Part shown: in pieces, positions 12,401 to 24,561 of the stretch
Position numbering within the stretch: position 1 is the stretch's first letter
Layout: every line of letters starts with the position of its first letter
Assembly (NCBI GenBank): GCA_028534125.1
Contig: CM052829.1
Location: 4,588,001 to 4,652,000, forward strand
DNA from: Lama glama
Taxonomy: Eukaryota
DNA: 64,000 nt
Reading direction: 5' to 3'
Translations under genes and position numbers: made by a program
The notes under the pieces: generated by a model
The model's input: only the letters and a program-made list of their open reading frames with translations
Databases searched by the model: none
Told to the model about the DNA's origin: nothing

Positions 12401-13194
12401 CTGGGCTCTTAATGCCACCCTCCCCTTCTTGTTCCCACTGGAAGCCAGGGAGGCGGGCAGACCTGTCAGTCAGGTGGTCAGATGGGCGACCGTGGTCAAG
12501 GGCAGCTCGGTTCATGAGGGATGTTTGTCCTTCCAGACCCAGAGGATGGCAAACAGATTTCATTCCTGTGTTAACTCCTGTTGACAGCAGGTGCTCCTGG
12601 ATGGCTGCCTGAGGGGGTGTCAAGGACACCTCTGGGCTGGGAGGGATCAGGCCTACCTGACTGATGGGGCTACCGGGGCTGCTGGCACACATGTCCGCGT
12701 ATTTGTCTTCCTGGCCTGGGGTCGCTGGTTTCCTCTCTGCACAGCGGCCCCTCTGCTAATGTGGGAATGCTGAGCCACTCTGTGGGGACCCACCCTGCTC
12801 CCTCACAGCAGCCCTCCTGGTCTCCACTTTGTGTTCACAGATACGCCACCCCAGGGTGCTGAGGTGGGTGGGGGAGGCAAACCTGCTCAGACCCCTGGGA
12901 CGGATGTGTGGCCTCTGTATGAGCAGACCAGGAAAATGCCACCAGCAATGATTTCAAGGCCTTCCTCATCCTCCTTCAGGGATGCAGAAGGCTCCATCAC
13001 TAGTCTGCCACTTTTTGGCGTGAGACTTTTAATCCCAACCAGACACGGACCGATCTTCCCTTCAGCCTCTCGCTGGTTCAGATTCTGAATGGAGCTGGGG
13101 AGGAGGCAGGGAGGCAGAGAAGGGAGGGGCTCCAGTGAGGCAGGGATGGAAATGCAGAGGGGAGGACAGGGAAGGGGCCAAAGGCAGATTTGCT

Positions 13195-13605
13195 TGTTAG
13201 GGGTTCAGCCGTGTCCCCAGAAGCTGTGTTAAAGTCTTAACCAGCAGGACCTGTGGGACTTCATTTCAGAGCAGGGCTTTTGCAAATAAAGTCAAGTTAC
13301 GATGAGGTCATTAGAGTGGATCCGAATCCAGTATGACTGGGGTCTTTAGAAGAGGAGACAGAGCACATCGAACGCCGTGTGGCCCCAGAGGCGGAGCCTG
13401 CAGTGATGCTACCACAAGCCAAGGGACTGCTAGGGCCCCAGAAACTGGAAGAGGCAGGGAAGGATCCTCCCTCGAGGCTTTGGACGGAGCTGCCAACACG
13501 ATGACTGCAGACTTGTTACTTCCAGACCTGTGGGAGGATGGATTTCTGCTGTCCTCCAACTCCAGCTTATGGTGCTTTGTTACGGTGGCCCTGGGAAGTT
13601 GATGC
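13195..13605 (+). mobile_element. MLT1-family (MaLR) solo LTR
   Basis: TGTGTTAAAGTCTTAACC..GATGAGGTCATTAGAGTGG..AATCCAGTATGACTGGGGTCTTTAGAAGAGG..CAAGCCAAGG..CCAGAAACTGGAAGAGGCAGGGAAGGATCCTCCC..TTTGTTACGGTGGCCCTGGGAAG. Confidence 0.88.
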
Positions 13606-14994
13606 GGCCTGTTTCACTTACTCCTAAAAACTGATGCGTCATTGTGATAAATCTCAGAGATGGCCATTATCACACATTGGAGGTTCAGGTATCTCAACAG
13701 TCACAGAATAAACCATGGGTTGAAGAAAGAATGTTGCATGAGGTCTACAGCAGGGGTGGCCAACTGGGCAGAGCCTGCGGGACCGAGTGGGAAGATGGAG
13801 CTGAGCTGCCTGCACCGGCCTGGACAGCCAGGGAGCAGCGAGCAGCAATGGGAGAAGAAGGAAGCAGGCACGAGGCCTGTAAATCAGCAGATGCAAGAGC
13901 GCTGGGAACGTGGGAGAAGTTAAGGCCGGAATCCAGAGCCTGACCACAGAGGGCGGAGGCCAGGCGGACCCAGGGGAAACGTCCCTGTCCTTGGTCGCCT
14001 CCTCCAGCAGCAGGAGAGAATGAACCACCTGTCAGGAACCGTCTGGGTTGAGACAACTGTAGGACTGATTCTGTGAGAAGCATCTCACCAGGAGAATTGC
14101 TCGGGGTGATAGTCACTGCAGTGGCGGCAAATCTGGAAATTGAAAGTGACAGGGCGTGTGGCTCAGGAGTCCCTCTGTCACCTGGGAGACACGGCAGCCG
14201 AAGCCGGGGTTCTTGTAGCTCGGGGTTGGTGTGCGTGGCGGATAAAGCCAAAACGAGAGCTGGGCTGGCGGCTGAGTGTGGGCAGGACATGGGGGCAGGT
14301 TCACGGGGCCCAGGGTGACTAGACCAGACCGTTCCAAAGTGTCAGCGTTTGTGTTGGAACTTGGGTGGTGGCAAACAGCAGACAAAAGTCGGCAGCTGAG
14401 AAGGGTGTCTGCACATGTGCCCTGAACACCAGTGGTTGGCGAGTCCGCCCCGCGGAGCACAGACTCATCACCATCTCAACGTTTGAAGTCTGCGTTTGGC
14501 AGCCACAACTTAGCGTGATATGGACGGGGACTCGGCCCAGAGTCTCCGCAGTTACCTCTCATCCACTCTTTGACCAAAGAACAACTATTTAAGGCCTCAT
14601 TTTTCTTCTCTCATCTGGAAAATGATATTATTCATGCTAACTTAAAAGGAAGCTGGATAGATTTGAGTTATGAAAAAAATCCCTCTAAATCAAAGCTTTC
14701 CATGTACCGAAAAGATCTACTTCAGGTGATGCCTGGGATGTCAGCTCCTCCGTAAGATAAGATTGGGAACTGTTCACGGGGGCTTATTAAACCCTTGTAT
14801 CGGTAAAAACACCACCTGTGTACTTAGTAGTCGTTGTGATTACACTGAAACAAAAAAAATTAAGGCAATATGTGGACGTATATGATTACGTGGAACTGAA
14901 ACCCACAACGTTATAAAACCCAAGTAATGGGAACACATGTAGATAGAAAGAAGTTGTATGAACAGCACTGGGAGGAGGGCAGGGCCGTGGGGAC

Positions 14995-15165
14995 TGTCTG
15001 GAGTCAGGGAAGCATTTCCTAGCTTTGCAATGTTGGCCAAAATAGATAAGTGGCAGAGTTGCTATCTTCCCAACTATAAAATGGGGATATTACTTCCTCA
15101 AAGGGCTGCGGTGATGAAGTTACTCAGCACAGAGGGTGGCACACAGTAACAGCGATGAACGGTGA
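14995..15165 (+). mobile_element. MIR SINE fragment
   Basis: CTGGAGTCAG..CTATAAAATGGGGATATTACTTCCTCAAAGGGCTGCGGTGA..GGCACACAGTAA. Confidence 0.6.
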
Positions 15166-15469
15166 ATAGCAAGAAGGTGGTTGCAGTAAGTATACTTGTA
15201 AATGACAGAGATCCAAGGTGAAAAACACACGAAGGACCCCAGCAAATCTCCAAGTACCTAAGAATGCTAAAAGATGGTCAGAAGAGTCCACAGTTTACAG
15301 ATGTGAAAAAAAAGTTAATGAATGAATTCAATGAATGCTAGAGGCTAAAAAAACCCTTTACTCACTGAACTTACCAGAAAAGAAGTAGAACAGAAATATA
15401 GAAAGAGTAGAATATCAAATTCCATGGTAATCGCCGAGATGCTGGTGAAACTATAGTTAACTAGGAATA

Positions 15470-15960
15470 TCCAGGACTTCCTGGTAGAAGTGCAAGTTTG
15501 ATTATTTTGGAAGAGAATTTGGTAAGTATTATCAAGAGCCATAATGTCCTACACTTTGACTCCATAATTCTGTTCATGAGACTGAAATAATTCAAATTAA
15601 GACAAAGCTATACTTATAATGAAGCATGCAGGTAAGATTATAAGAATAAAAAAACTCCAATAAAATAGCAATGGTTACTTTGTTATAGAATAGAAACTCT
15701 ATAACTTATTATATGGTGCTTAAAAATAACAGAGTGTATTCAAAATAGAGTCCCTACAAAACCGTGTCAAGAAGGATACAGTATATGGAATTAATTGCAA
15801 ATATTTTAAAAAGAATATGTAAATATATATGGATACAGATGAAAAGAAGCTATAAAGAAAAGCAATTTATTTTATATTGATAAAGGGATTTTGAAATAAT
15901 TATCTGTGTACAGTTTTATTAATATATTAAAATATTTATGACTATCTTAATTTCTCCATA
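15470..15960 (+). mobile_element. Ancient L1 (L1M-type) fragment, AT-rich
   Basis: CTGGTAGAAGTGCAAG..TTTTGGAAGAGAATTTGGTAAGTATT..CTTTGACTCCATAATTC resembles the degraded end of L1 ORF2 and 3' UTR. Confidence 0.45.
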
Positions 15961-18539
15961 TTACCCATTATTAACTGATAACTCCTCATGATTCATTTCA
16001 TATGGACCACTATTAGCGTATAAAAAGCCAATTCAGGGCTTCAGTTAAGACACAAGCAAGCTATGGCCTTTTGGGGGCATTTCCTGGCTCGACTGAGAAA
16101 TGTCAGCTGAACACACGTATGTCCCTCTAAAGAAAACTTTACTATTCATCGAGATTTGCACTTGGTTCCCTGACGCTCTTTCGTGTCACTGCAAGAACTG
16201 CCACCTTTCCATCTGCTAAGTCGTCCTCTGTTAGACTTGTACCGCAAACAGCTTCCAAACTCACTGGAAAAGTCACTCAGGTAAGTAGCAAATAACAGAA
16301 AGACTATGACACAGGGTGGAACTAGCCAGCCAGAAACGCTCGCTCATTCACCTGTTCTGGGGTTTCTGAGGAGCCCTCTGTGTTTTATAAAGGACAGAAA
16401 CACTTTGTCCAAACTACAGATCAGGCCCTGCGCGTGCATGTGAGGAGCGGCTATTTTGGTCTCTGGGCTCTGGTTACGCAGCCTAGGCTGGAAGCTTTGT
16501 TCTCAGAACCCCTGCTGTCATCAAAAGGCCTCAGTCCCAATCCAGCAGCAGGCCCAGCAGAGGCTGAGCTGTAACCACAGCTGCAAACTCTCTGTCATGT
16601 GAAAGCGCCCGGCTCTTTTCTGGGTCTGGAATGCCTGTTGGCCACGCCCTCTGCCTGCCTGTCCACCCTGGAAACCGCCTCCATCCTCACCATCGCTCTG
16701 CTCCCCCGCGAGGTCTCAGCCCCCTGCCTCCCGTGGGCTCTGCCGGAGCTGCGGGCTGGCCCGTTTGTGCTCGCACTTACTACGGTCCCCTCAGGTCCCC
16801 TCCTCACTGAGTTCGTGCTTCTCCCGGGGAGAACTGTGTCCGCCTCATGGTGACACAGTGTCTGGCCCACAGGCCCCGAGGGATCTTAACGTGTGGTCCA
16901 GGAAGGACTTGAGGGGTCTAGGGGGTCCCTGAAACCATGGGCAGCTGGTGTGCCCTTCAGGGGCAGGGAGGTTGAGGCCTCCCAGCAGGGGTCCCTCTGA
17001 GCCCCTGGGGGTTTGAGCCAAGCCTGGTGGTCTCCTTCCCCTTGGTGGCAGTTGGTTCCGGCTTCAGCAGGCCACCTCCCAGGCTGATGGGGTCCCAGGG
17101 GAAGTTGGCTGGGAATTTCTGGGTTGACTCTGAGCTTGTTTTGTGAGACAGTACACACCCTATTTCCTGAGGAACTTTTAATTGAATTTTCTCCCTTTTG
17201 GGGGCTGAGACACCTGACAGGATGCAGTGATTTTCATTAGATGAAGACAAGGATCTCAGACCCCTCCCCTCCCAAGGTTCGGGATCTCTGAAGAAGACAT
17301 CCAGGAGCTGCTGACTGAGCCACTGACGGACAGATGGGAATGCCTCAGAGTAACCCAGGGGCCTGTTTGGAGGAAGCTGCTACCTGGGGTGTGCTGTTCC
17401 CAGAGTCAGGCCCCAGCAGTGGGAGAGGCCTGAGCGTCGGGGCCAGCAGAGGCCTGGGTGTTGCACTGCGAGGGCCTGTCAGGCTGCTGGCTGGGGGCCC
17501 TAGTCCTTTTGAAAGACTTTGTTCAACACCGCCCTGACGGGGCCCTGGGCCCTGCAGGAAGCAGGCGGAGGTGCTGTTCTGAAGCCTTCTCCAGGCATAA
17601 GTCAATCAACTGGCCTCAGGTTCCCGAATGTCCATCCCTGGAGCAGCCTCTTCCTGAGACCATGGTGGTCAAACTCTGACGGGTCCCCTCTTTTCAGAGC
17701 CCGTGGCCCTCGATCCAGCTGCCTTTGCTCAGACTGGTGTGTGGTGAGCCCGGCTCCCATGCCGGGGCCCCAGGAAGACTCCAGGGCCCGGCGGTCCCCA
17801 TGCAGGAGGGGATTCCTGCCCTAATGCTGTCACAACCCAAGGTTCTGGTTAGGCTGCCGCTTCCCTCTGTCCCAGCACGCTGGACCGGTGCCTTCTGCTC
17901 CCCTGGACGCTGTCGCAAGTGCACTGGGATGCAAGCTTGGCCACACCCAAGCCAAAGGACACCAGGCGCGGAGTCTGAGGGGCGAGGACCTGGGCTAGGC
18001 AGGGTCGGTGGGCGCTCTGCCGGGTCACCTGGGAAAGGACAGGACAGGGCAGGGTGCTCCACGCCAGGGGGCAGCCTGGAAAAGCCCCGGACAGGGCGTG
18101 GGGCCTGATGGGGTCCCGAGGCCGGAGAGCCTCAGCGGACCACCTGGCTCCGAACACGTGTTCTCCTGAGGGGGTGAGATACAGGGAAGCTTTCTAGTGG
18201 GAAAACGACATGAAAGAAACGAGGCTGGAGGAGCCTCCCTGGCTGCAGTGGGCCAGGAGTGAGAGGGGCCCAGGGCAAGGAGAGCCACCTTGAGGGCGTG
18301 AGGCCTGAGCTGGAGGGCCTGGTCCCTGCAGAGGGCGGTATCAGGGGCGTTGGAGAGGGCCCTTGCCCCACCCCCGCCTCTTCCCCCCTCCCCCTTTCCT
18401 TCCCCCTTCCCTTCCCCTTTACTTCCTCCTCCCTCTCCCTTTCTTTCCGCCCTCCTCTCCTCTCCACCACGTGCCTCCCCTCCCCCGCCCTTTCCCAGGT
18501 GGGTGACGGACCTGCCTGGCCTTAGGCCTGCTGCCCTCC

Positions 18540-19260
18540 CCCAAGCTCGGGGAGCGGGACTGTGCGCCCCCCTGCCCCGCCCCCTCGAGTGATGGACCGC
18601 GCTCCCGGGCCCTGGATCTCGGAGCCGAAGCCGGGAGGGGGCCGCCTGCCGGACCTGCTTTTAGTGAAGCAGATGGTGCCCCGGCTCCGTGCAGGTGGCG
18701 GAGGGACACGACCTTCCTCTGAGCCTTTCTTTGGGGGAAAGGAAGTCTTTGGAAGTTGGTGGCGACTGAGTAAAATCTTGTCACTTTGATAAGCAGGGTC
18801 CCGTTTCGCTCCCGATGTGGAGAAAGCTCCACACTTCCTCCGATTGTCCCAGTTTATTGAATTTCAGCGTGTGTGACATGATAGCCTCGCTCCTGGGGAG
18901 TCGGCAGAGGAAGCGGGGCGGCCCGGGCTTCCGCGGGGCAGCCGGGGGCAGGCGGCCGGGTTATTCTTGGAAGTTATTTTGATCTGCTGGGCCGTCGGCT
19001 CGGGTTTCTCGCCCGCCCTGGGAGGATGAGGCGTTTCATTATAATAATAGACTCGGAGCGCACTGGCCCGGGCGGCGGCGGCTCTTCGAGGGCAGGGAGC
19101 AGGCTGGCTGCCTCCCGGCGGTGCCGGCGGCGCTGGGCCGGGGGCAGAGGCGGGGCGGCGGAGAGGGCAGAGCTGCGCCCTGGAGGCCCCGTGCTCTGCG
19201 GGGCTCCGGGGAGAAGTGACTCAGGGGGAGACTGACTCATGAGACCCAGGGGCGGGAGAG
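18540..19260. promoter_or_regulatory. CpG island-like region (orphan; putative promoter/enhancer)
   Basis: Very high GC and CpG density, GC boxes (e.g. CCCCGCCCC 18575-18583), GGC repeats, no coding exon nearby. Confidence 0.7.
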
Positions 19261-19444
19261 ACAGGCAGGCGGCTTTCAGCTCAATGTAAGGAAGAAGGTT
19301 CTCCTAATTAAAGCTGTTTATAAAATGCAACCTCCTGCCCTTGAAATAGAAGCGCCTGACGTGGTGAGGCCTCGCACCCCGGCCCAGGCCCCGTGTTTTC
19401 TATTTTCACTTTTGAGGTAAAGTCATTTCTTCTTATAGATTGTT

Positions 19445-19885
19445 GCCTTACTTGGGCTGTAGCAACAAAGGACCCCAAACTGGGGGCTTAGAAAACACGA
19501 CTGACTGTCTCCAGGTGGAGGGGGGCCGTGGGGGCGGTGCCCGGTGTCTGGGACCCAGGTGTGGGCAGGGCGGGGTCCTGCTGAGGCCGCTCCCCCAGCC
19601 TCCGCGGTTCTCCGGATCCGTGGCCTCCCTTGGCTGTGGGAGCATGACTGCAGTCTGCCTTCATCTTCATAGGGCCTGCTCCCTGCGCGTCTCCCTGTGT
19701 TCACAGTCCCCCTTTCCGTAAGGACATCAGTGACACTGGATCAGGGCCAGTCGGCTCCAGGATGACCTCACCCTGACTTCACTGATGACATCTGCACGGA
19801 CCCTAGTTCCCAACAAGGTCACACTCTGAGATACTCGAGGTTAGGACTTCAGCTTCTGCATTTTGGGGGGAAGGCAGCTCAGCCC
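19445..19885 (-). mobile_element. MLT1-family (MaLR) solo LTR, reverse orientation
   Basis: GGGCTGTAGCAACAAAGGACCCCAAACTGGGGGCTTAGAAAAC..TAAGGACATCAGT..GATGACCTCA..ACATCTGCA..TTCCCAACAAGGTCACACTCTGAGATACT..GGTTAGGACTTCA. Confidence 0.85.
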
Positions 19886-20849
19886 CTAGCAGATGTGGTG
19901 CATACGCATTGTAGGAATTTAGAAAATAGAGACAAGCAGAAAAGAAAGAAGTAAAACCTCTACATCTCTGCCACTCAGAAATCACTGCTGGGAACATCTT
20001 AGAGCATTCCCTTCTGAAGTCATTCTTTTGTATCTAATACCTAGTCTGTGTTCAGATTGTGTCTATTTACAGTCATCTTGCTCAAACCAAGAACCGGTCT
20101 ATGGACATTTGCTTTCACTGGTTGTTAGGTCTCTTTAATCCATAACTATCCTTTTTTTAATGACATCAACTTATTTGGGGCCAATTATGCTCCAAAATAC
20201 TGCACCTTCTGAATCTGTCTCGTTGCTTCTTGGTGACGTTGTTCAGCTTGTTCCTCTGTCCCGTGTTGCCTGTAAACTTGGGCTATGAGATTTCTGATGG
20301 ACTCAAGCTGAGCATTTCTGGATAGAAAACACCATAAATGCTTCCAAGCACCTCACATCAGAAGACAGAACATCTGGTCAACCCACGTCAAGTCTTGCTA
20401 GGTCAGGGGATGAGGCCTGGGGTTCCTGCACTGGGTGGGAACTGACACCTGATGACCTGGAATGCTCCTTGCAACACTGAGGGTTTTGCAACTTGAATGT
20501 TTCTGGTAGTTGAGACAGGAGCCTGCCCTTTGTGGGGGCAGCTGGCACCTGGAGAGGAAGGGTGGCTGGGCCTGCTGGGCCACCCTCATTGCTGCCCTCT
20601 GGGGACCTCACCAATCTCAAGACGTGCAGTTTTAAGAAGTACTGTCCTTGGATTCCGACCCTATGTCCTCTGAGGTGGGCTGATGGCGGTGTTCTTTCCC
20701 ACCAGACCTGGGCCTCGTGGTGGCCCACACCCCACACTGCAGCGAGGCGGGGCCTGGCTGACCCCCCTCTCCCTCCTAGGCCGTTTCCAGGAAGGACATA
20801 GCTCTTTCTTTCCAGCACTTTACAGTGTTTTTGTTTGTAAAGAGAAACA

Positions 20850-21510
20850 ATTTGTAATGAAATATACAGATTTTATACATGTATTTGCTCATCTTTTGAC
20901 AAATCCATACACTGGCATAACCCACATCTCCATCAAGATGTAGAGCATTCCCCTTACCCTTAACGTTCCTGCCTGCCCCTGCCTGGTCAAGCCTGGCCCA
21001 CCCAGAGGTAGCCCCTGTTCCCGCGTTTCCCACTGTAGCTAACTTGACCTGTTCTAGACCTTCATGGACATGCACTGGACAGCTTGTCCTTTTTTATTCA
21101 GGATGGTGCTGGGCTCCGTTCATGGCCTTGCAGGTGTCAGCCCGCCTCCGCCTCCCCTGAGCAGTGCTGTGTAGTATGACTATCAGTTCTGCTGTGGATG
21201 GACACGTGGGCTGATTCCTGCTCTCTGCTGTTATAAATGAAGCTCTGTGTACATCCCTGTATTTGTGCACACAGTGTCTTCATTTCTCCTGGGTAAATAT
21301 CAAGGAATGAAATTAGCAGGTCATAGTTGACAAGGTTGTAGCATTTACTCTCCTTTCAGTAGGGGAAGGGAGTTCTGGTATCATCAGCCTTTTCATTTTT
21401 TGCCATTCTGGTGGCTGTGTATTTCAGTGTGGTTCCAGTCTGCATTTCCCAAAGATTTATGAGAGTTAGAACTTTTTTTGCATGCTTATTGGCCATTTGT
21501 ATATATTCCT
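20850..21510 (-). mobile_element. Ancient L1 (L1M-type) 3' fragment
   Basis: CATCAAGATGTAGAGCATT..TTGACCTGTTCTAGACCTTCAT..GATGGACACGTGGG..TTCATTTCTCCTGGGTAAATATCAAGGAATGAAATT..CATGCTTATTGGCCATTTGTATAT. Confidence 0.75.
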
Positions 21511-22819
21511 TTTTGACTGTGACTTTAAAAATTCATATTTATTTCCCTTCCTTAATAAGCAGTATAACTGTTGTTAAGCTTATTCAAATAGGCATTCAAC
21601 ACACGAATCAAACTTCTTGCTCATCCTTCAGTGAAGATTGTCAAGGGTATATGGATAGGAAGTGATCTTTGAGAAGAAGAAAAGTCATGTGTTTTCATCT
21701 GATTATTCCTAATTCCCATCCTCTGGACTCCTGGTAATTCCATCATTAGCAGGTGATAGGGGCTGGCCCTCACTGTGCCTGCGTGTGGCGTGTTCTTGAG
21801 GAATGTTCAAGGGGAAGCAGGGTTGGAGGTGGGAAAAAGGCAGAGAAGGCCCTAAATGCTTTGCCTTAAAGCATCCACCTGGTGGGGCTTGTGGGGGAGG
21901 GAGTGGACGTTCAGAGACTGCAGCCGAAACGGGGCGGTGCCCGCTAGAGAATCATGACACTGAAGAACTTTCTTTCCATTTCACGTAGAATCTTGTCCTT
22001 TAAGTGGAGAGTATTTGTTACCCTTCTTGACAGCGTTTCCTTTGAGCCAGAGAACAGCTCAGGGTCCCCAGGAGCCACCTGAGCTCATGCCCTGGCCCGG
22101 CACAGCCCGGCCCCTGCCTCCTCTCCCTGCCGGGCTGGTGATGGAGACTCAAACCAATCTCCTTCTCATTTCATCACCTTGACCTTCTGTCAGTGCCACC
22201 CGCTTCCACGAATGTGCCCCTTCATGTACGGTGACTCACTTGGGAGCACTTCACTAAGCCACCCGGGAATGTCGCCGGAAGTCCTTAGAAGAGGCCACAG
22301 GGAAGGAAAAAGAGGATAAGAAGAGAAGGAAGAAGCTGGGTGGAAGTGGGCAGGGAGCCAGGGGCGGGAGGACCTGATAGTGACTGTCACGCGGGGCAGC
22401 TCCAGCCCTAAGCTCTATGGACATCCATGTACAGGCAATTGTGTGCACAAGTCAGCAGTTCCTTGAGGGTCCTGAGAAGAGTGGGACTGACGCCCCTCCA
22501 TCCTCTGGAGATTCCACTTTACCTCTAAGCACAGGCTCAGAACACACCTGGCGAAAAACAAATGATCACTGAATGAACGGATATTGTGAGAGTCAGAAGT
22601 TCGATCTCGTGAGATCGCCGGCAGCAAAGCCTGCCTTCAGCGGTGGGCGTCCATGCCGCAGAAGCAGCCTCCCCTTCCCTGGGCTGTGCTCATTCACGAG
22701 CGATTAAACCATTCTCCTGTTCCTTTAGAAGGTGCTGTCCTCCCATCTTCCCGGAACTAGAAACTCCCCCAAAGCAGCAGTTCCAACCGTCTAAGATTTA
22801 GTGGTAAATCGGTTGGAAA

Positions 22820-23300
22820 ACTCAGGGACCGGGACGGGGAGGAGGGAAGGCCGCTCGGTGTCACCGGCCCCGCCGGGGCTGCCTTGGGAGCTGGCGGAGG
22901 ACGGGCCGCTGCCCTGGCTGTGCTCGGGTCAGGCCGGGAAGGAGTAGAGGGGCAGGAGGAAGGCCGAGGGTCGGGGGCAGCTCCAGGAGGGACAAAGCCG
23001 CTCTGCGGGACTGCCAAGGCGAGCCTGCCTCCGGCAGAGGGGCTCCGTGAGAAAGAGGCGGAGCCCCGGCCCTTTCAGCCGCAGTGAAAGAGGCCATTGG
23101 CAGCGGCGCCCCGGAGCCGGAGGCCGCGCTGGCACGGGCCGGGCTCGGCCGTGGCCCTCTCCGGGGTGGGGCGTTCCCAGGCCCTGGCACACAACCTTGG
23201 GCCACGTCCCACTTCCTCCCGGAGAAAAGCTGTAGCCTGGGGCGGGGCCCGCAGCATCTCTCTGGGGCACACCTCCCCCGCAGAGTGGGATGGAGTCCCC
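22820..23300. promoter_or_regulatory. Second CpG island-like region
   Basis: High GC and CpG density, GC boxes (GGGGCGGGGCC ~23239-23249), non-repetitive. Confidence 0.6.
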
Positions 23301-23711
23301 AGGCCAGAGGAGGCACATCCTCACTGGCCTCTGTCATCACCATCAGCATCCAGCGTCTGGCCTTCGGGGGGACTTTGAGCTCAAGATAGAGCCCTCCCCC
23401 CTCATTTTACAGAAGGGGAGACTGAGGTTTGTCTCTGGCCTCTGGATCTGGGCTCAGCACAGGCCCCTCATGCTGCCTGGAAGGGAAGGAACACCAAGAA
23501 GGGAACGGAGGGAAGTCTCTGCACCAGTTAGGAGTGCTGCCCTGGCCTGAGCCCCACAAGGGACGTCCTGGCTAGATGGCATCTGGGGACAGCGAGGGAA
23601 GGTACCAGAAACTGGTGCCAAATGCAAGGACAGGGCCCAAGGGAGATGTCCTTTCCACCTTTGTGCTTTGACCTTTGGATGCACTGCTCTTCAGAGTTTT
23701 CCCAGCTTTTT

Positions 23712-23869
23712 CAAAAGTCTTTCTTTTAATTTTTAATTTGGGCGGGGGTGGAGGGAGGTAATCAGGTCCATCTATTTACTTATCACTTTTGATGGAGGTG
23801 CTGGGGATTGAACCCAGGACCTTGTGCATGCTAAGCATGCCCTGTACCACTGAGCTGCACCTTCCCCTC
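23712..23869 (-). mobile_element. tRNA-derived SINE, camelid type, with target-site duplication
   Basis: Minus strand GGGGAAGGTGCAGCTCAGTGGTACAGGGCATGCTTAGCATGCACAAGGTCCTGGGTTCAATCCCCAGCACCTCC (Pol III A and B boxes) and A-rich tail; flanked by TCCCAGCTTTTT (23700-23711) and TCCCAGCTTCTT (23870-23881). Confidence 0.9.
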
Positions 23870-24007
23870 TCCCAGCTTCTTGGAGGGCTTGATTTTATCC
23901 TATGGACTCACAGAGCATAGAGTTGCCAGGGACTTGGGGGTTTCTGTGGGCCACTTCACCCCAGTGTCGAAGTCCCTCTGGACAGGCTCTGATGGCCACT
24001 GGCCCCC

Positions 24008-24561
24008 CTTTTTCACTTTGAGTTACAGTTAACATCCAACATTATGTTAGTTTCAAGTGTACAACACGGTGGTTTGCTGGTTTTATACATTATGAAATGA
24101 TCGCCCCAGTAAGACCCGTCAGCATCCATCACCACACGAAGTTGTTACCGTGTTATGACTCCGTTCCCAATGCTGCACTGCACATCATGTGTCTCCTCTG
24201 TTTCATAGCTGGAAATTTGTACCTCTGGCTCCTTCACCTGTTTTGCTTGTCTCCTCACCCTCTCCCTCTGGTGACCACCTGTTTGTTCTCTGTATGAGTC
24301 TGTTTCTGTTTTGTCTTTTTTCTTTTTTAGATTCCACATACACATGACGTCATATGGTATTTGTTTTTCTCTGTCTGATTTATTTCACCGAGCATAATTC
24401 CCTCCAGGTCTATCTGTGCTGCCACAATGACAATCTTTTTCATGGCTTTTTCATGGCTGAGTAGTGTTTCAGTGTGTATGTATACCACATCTTCTCTATC
24501 CATTCATCTATCCATGGACACTTAGGTTGTTTCCAAGTTTTGGCTATTCTTGAATGCTCCA
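24008..24561 (-). mobile_element. LINE-1 3' end, reverse orientation
   Basis: CATTATGTTAGTTTCAAGTGTACAAC..TTAGATTCCACATA..TATGGTATTTGTTTTTCTCTGTCTGATTTATTTCAC..TACCACATCTTCT..TGGACACTTAGGTTGTTTCCA. Confidence 0.9.

Noticed and set aside
23790-23869. tRNA-like sequence with A and B boxes
   Set aside because: Head of a SINE (A-rich tail and TSD present), not a tRNA gene.
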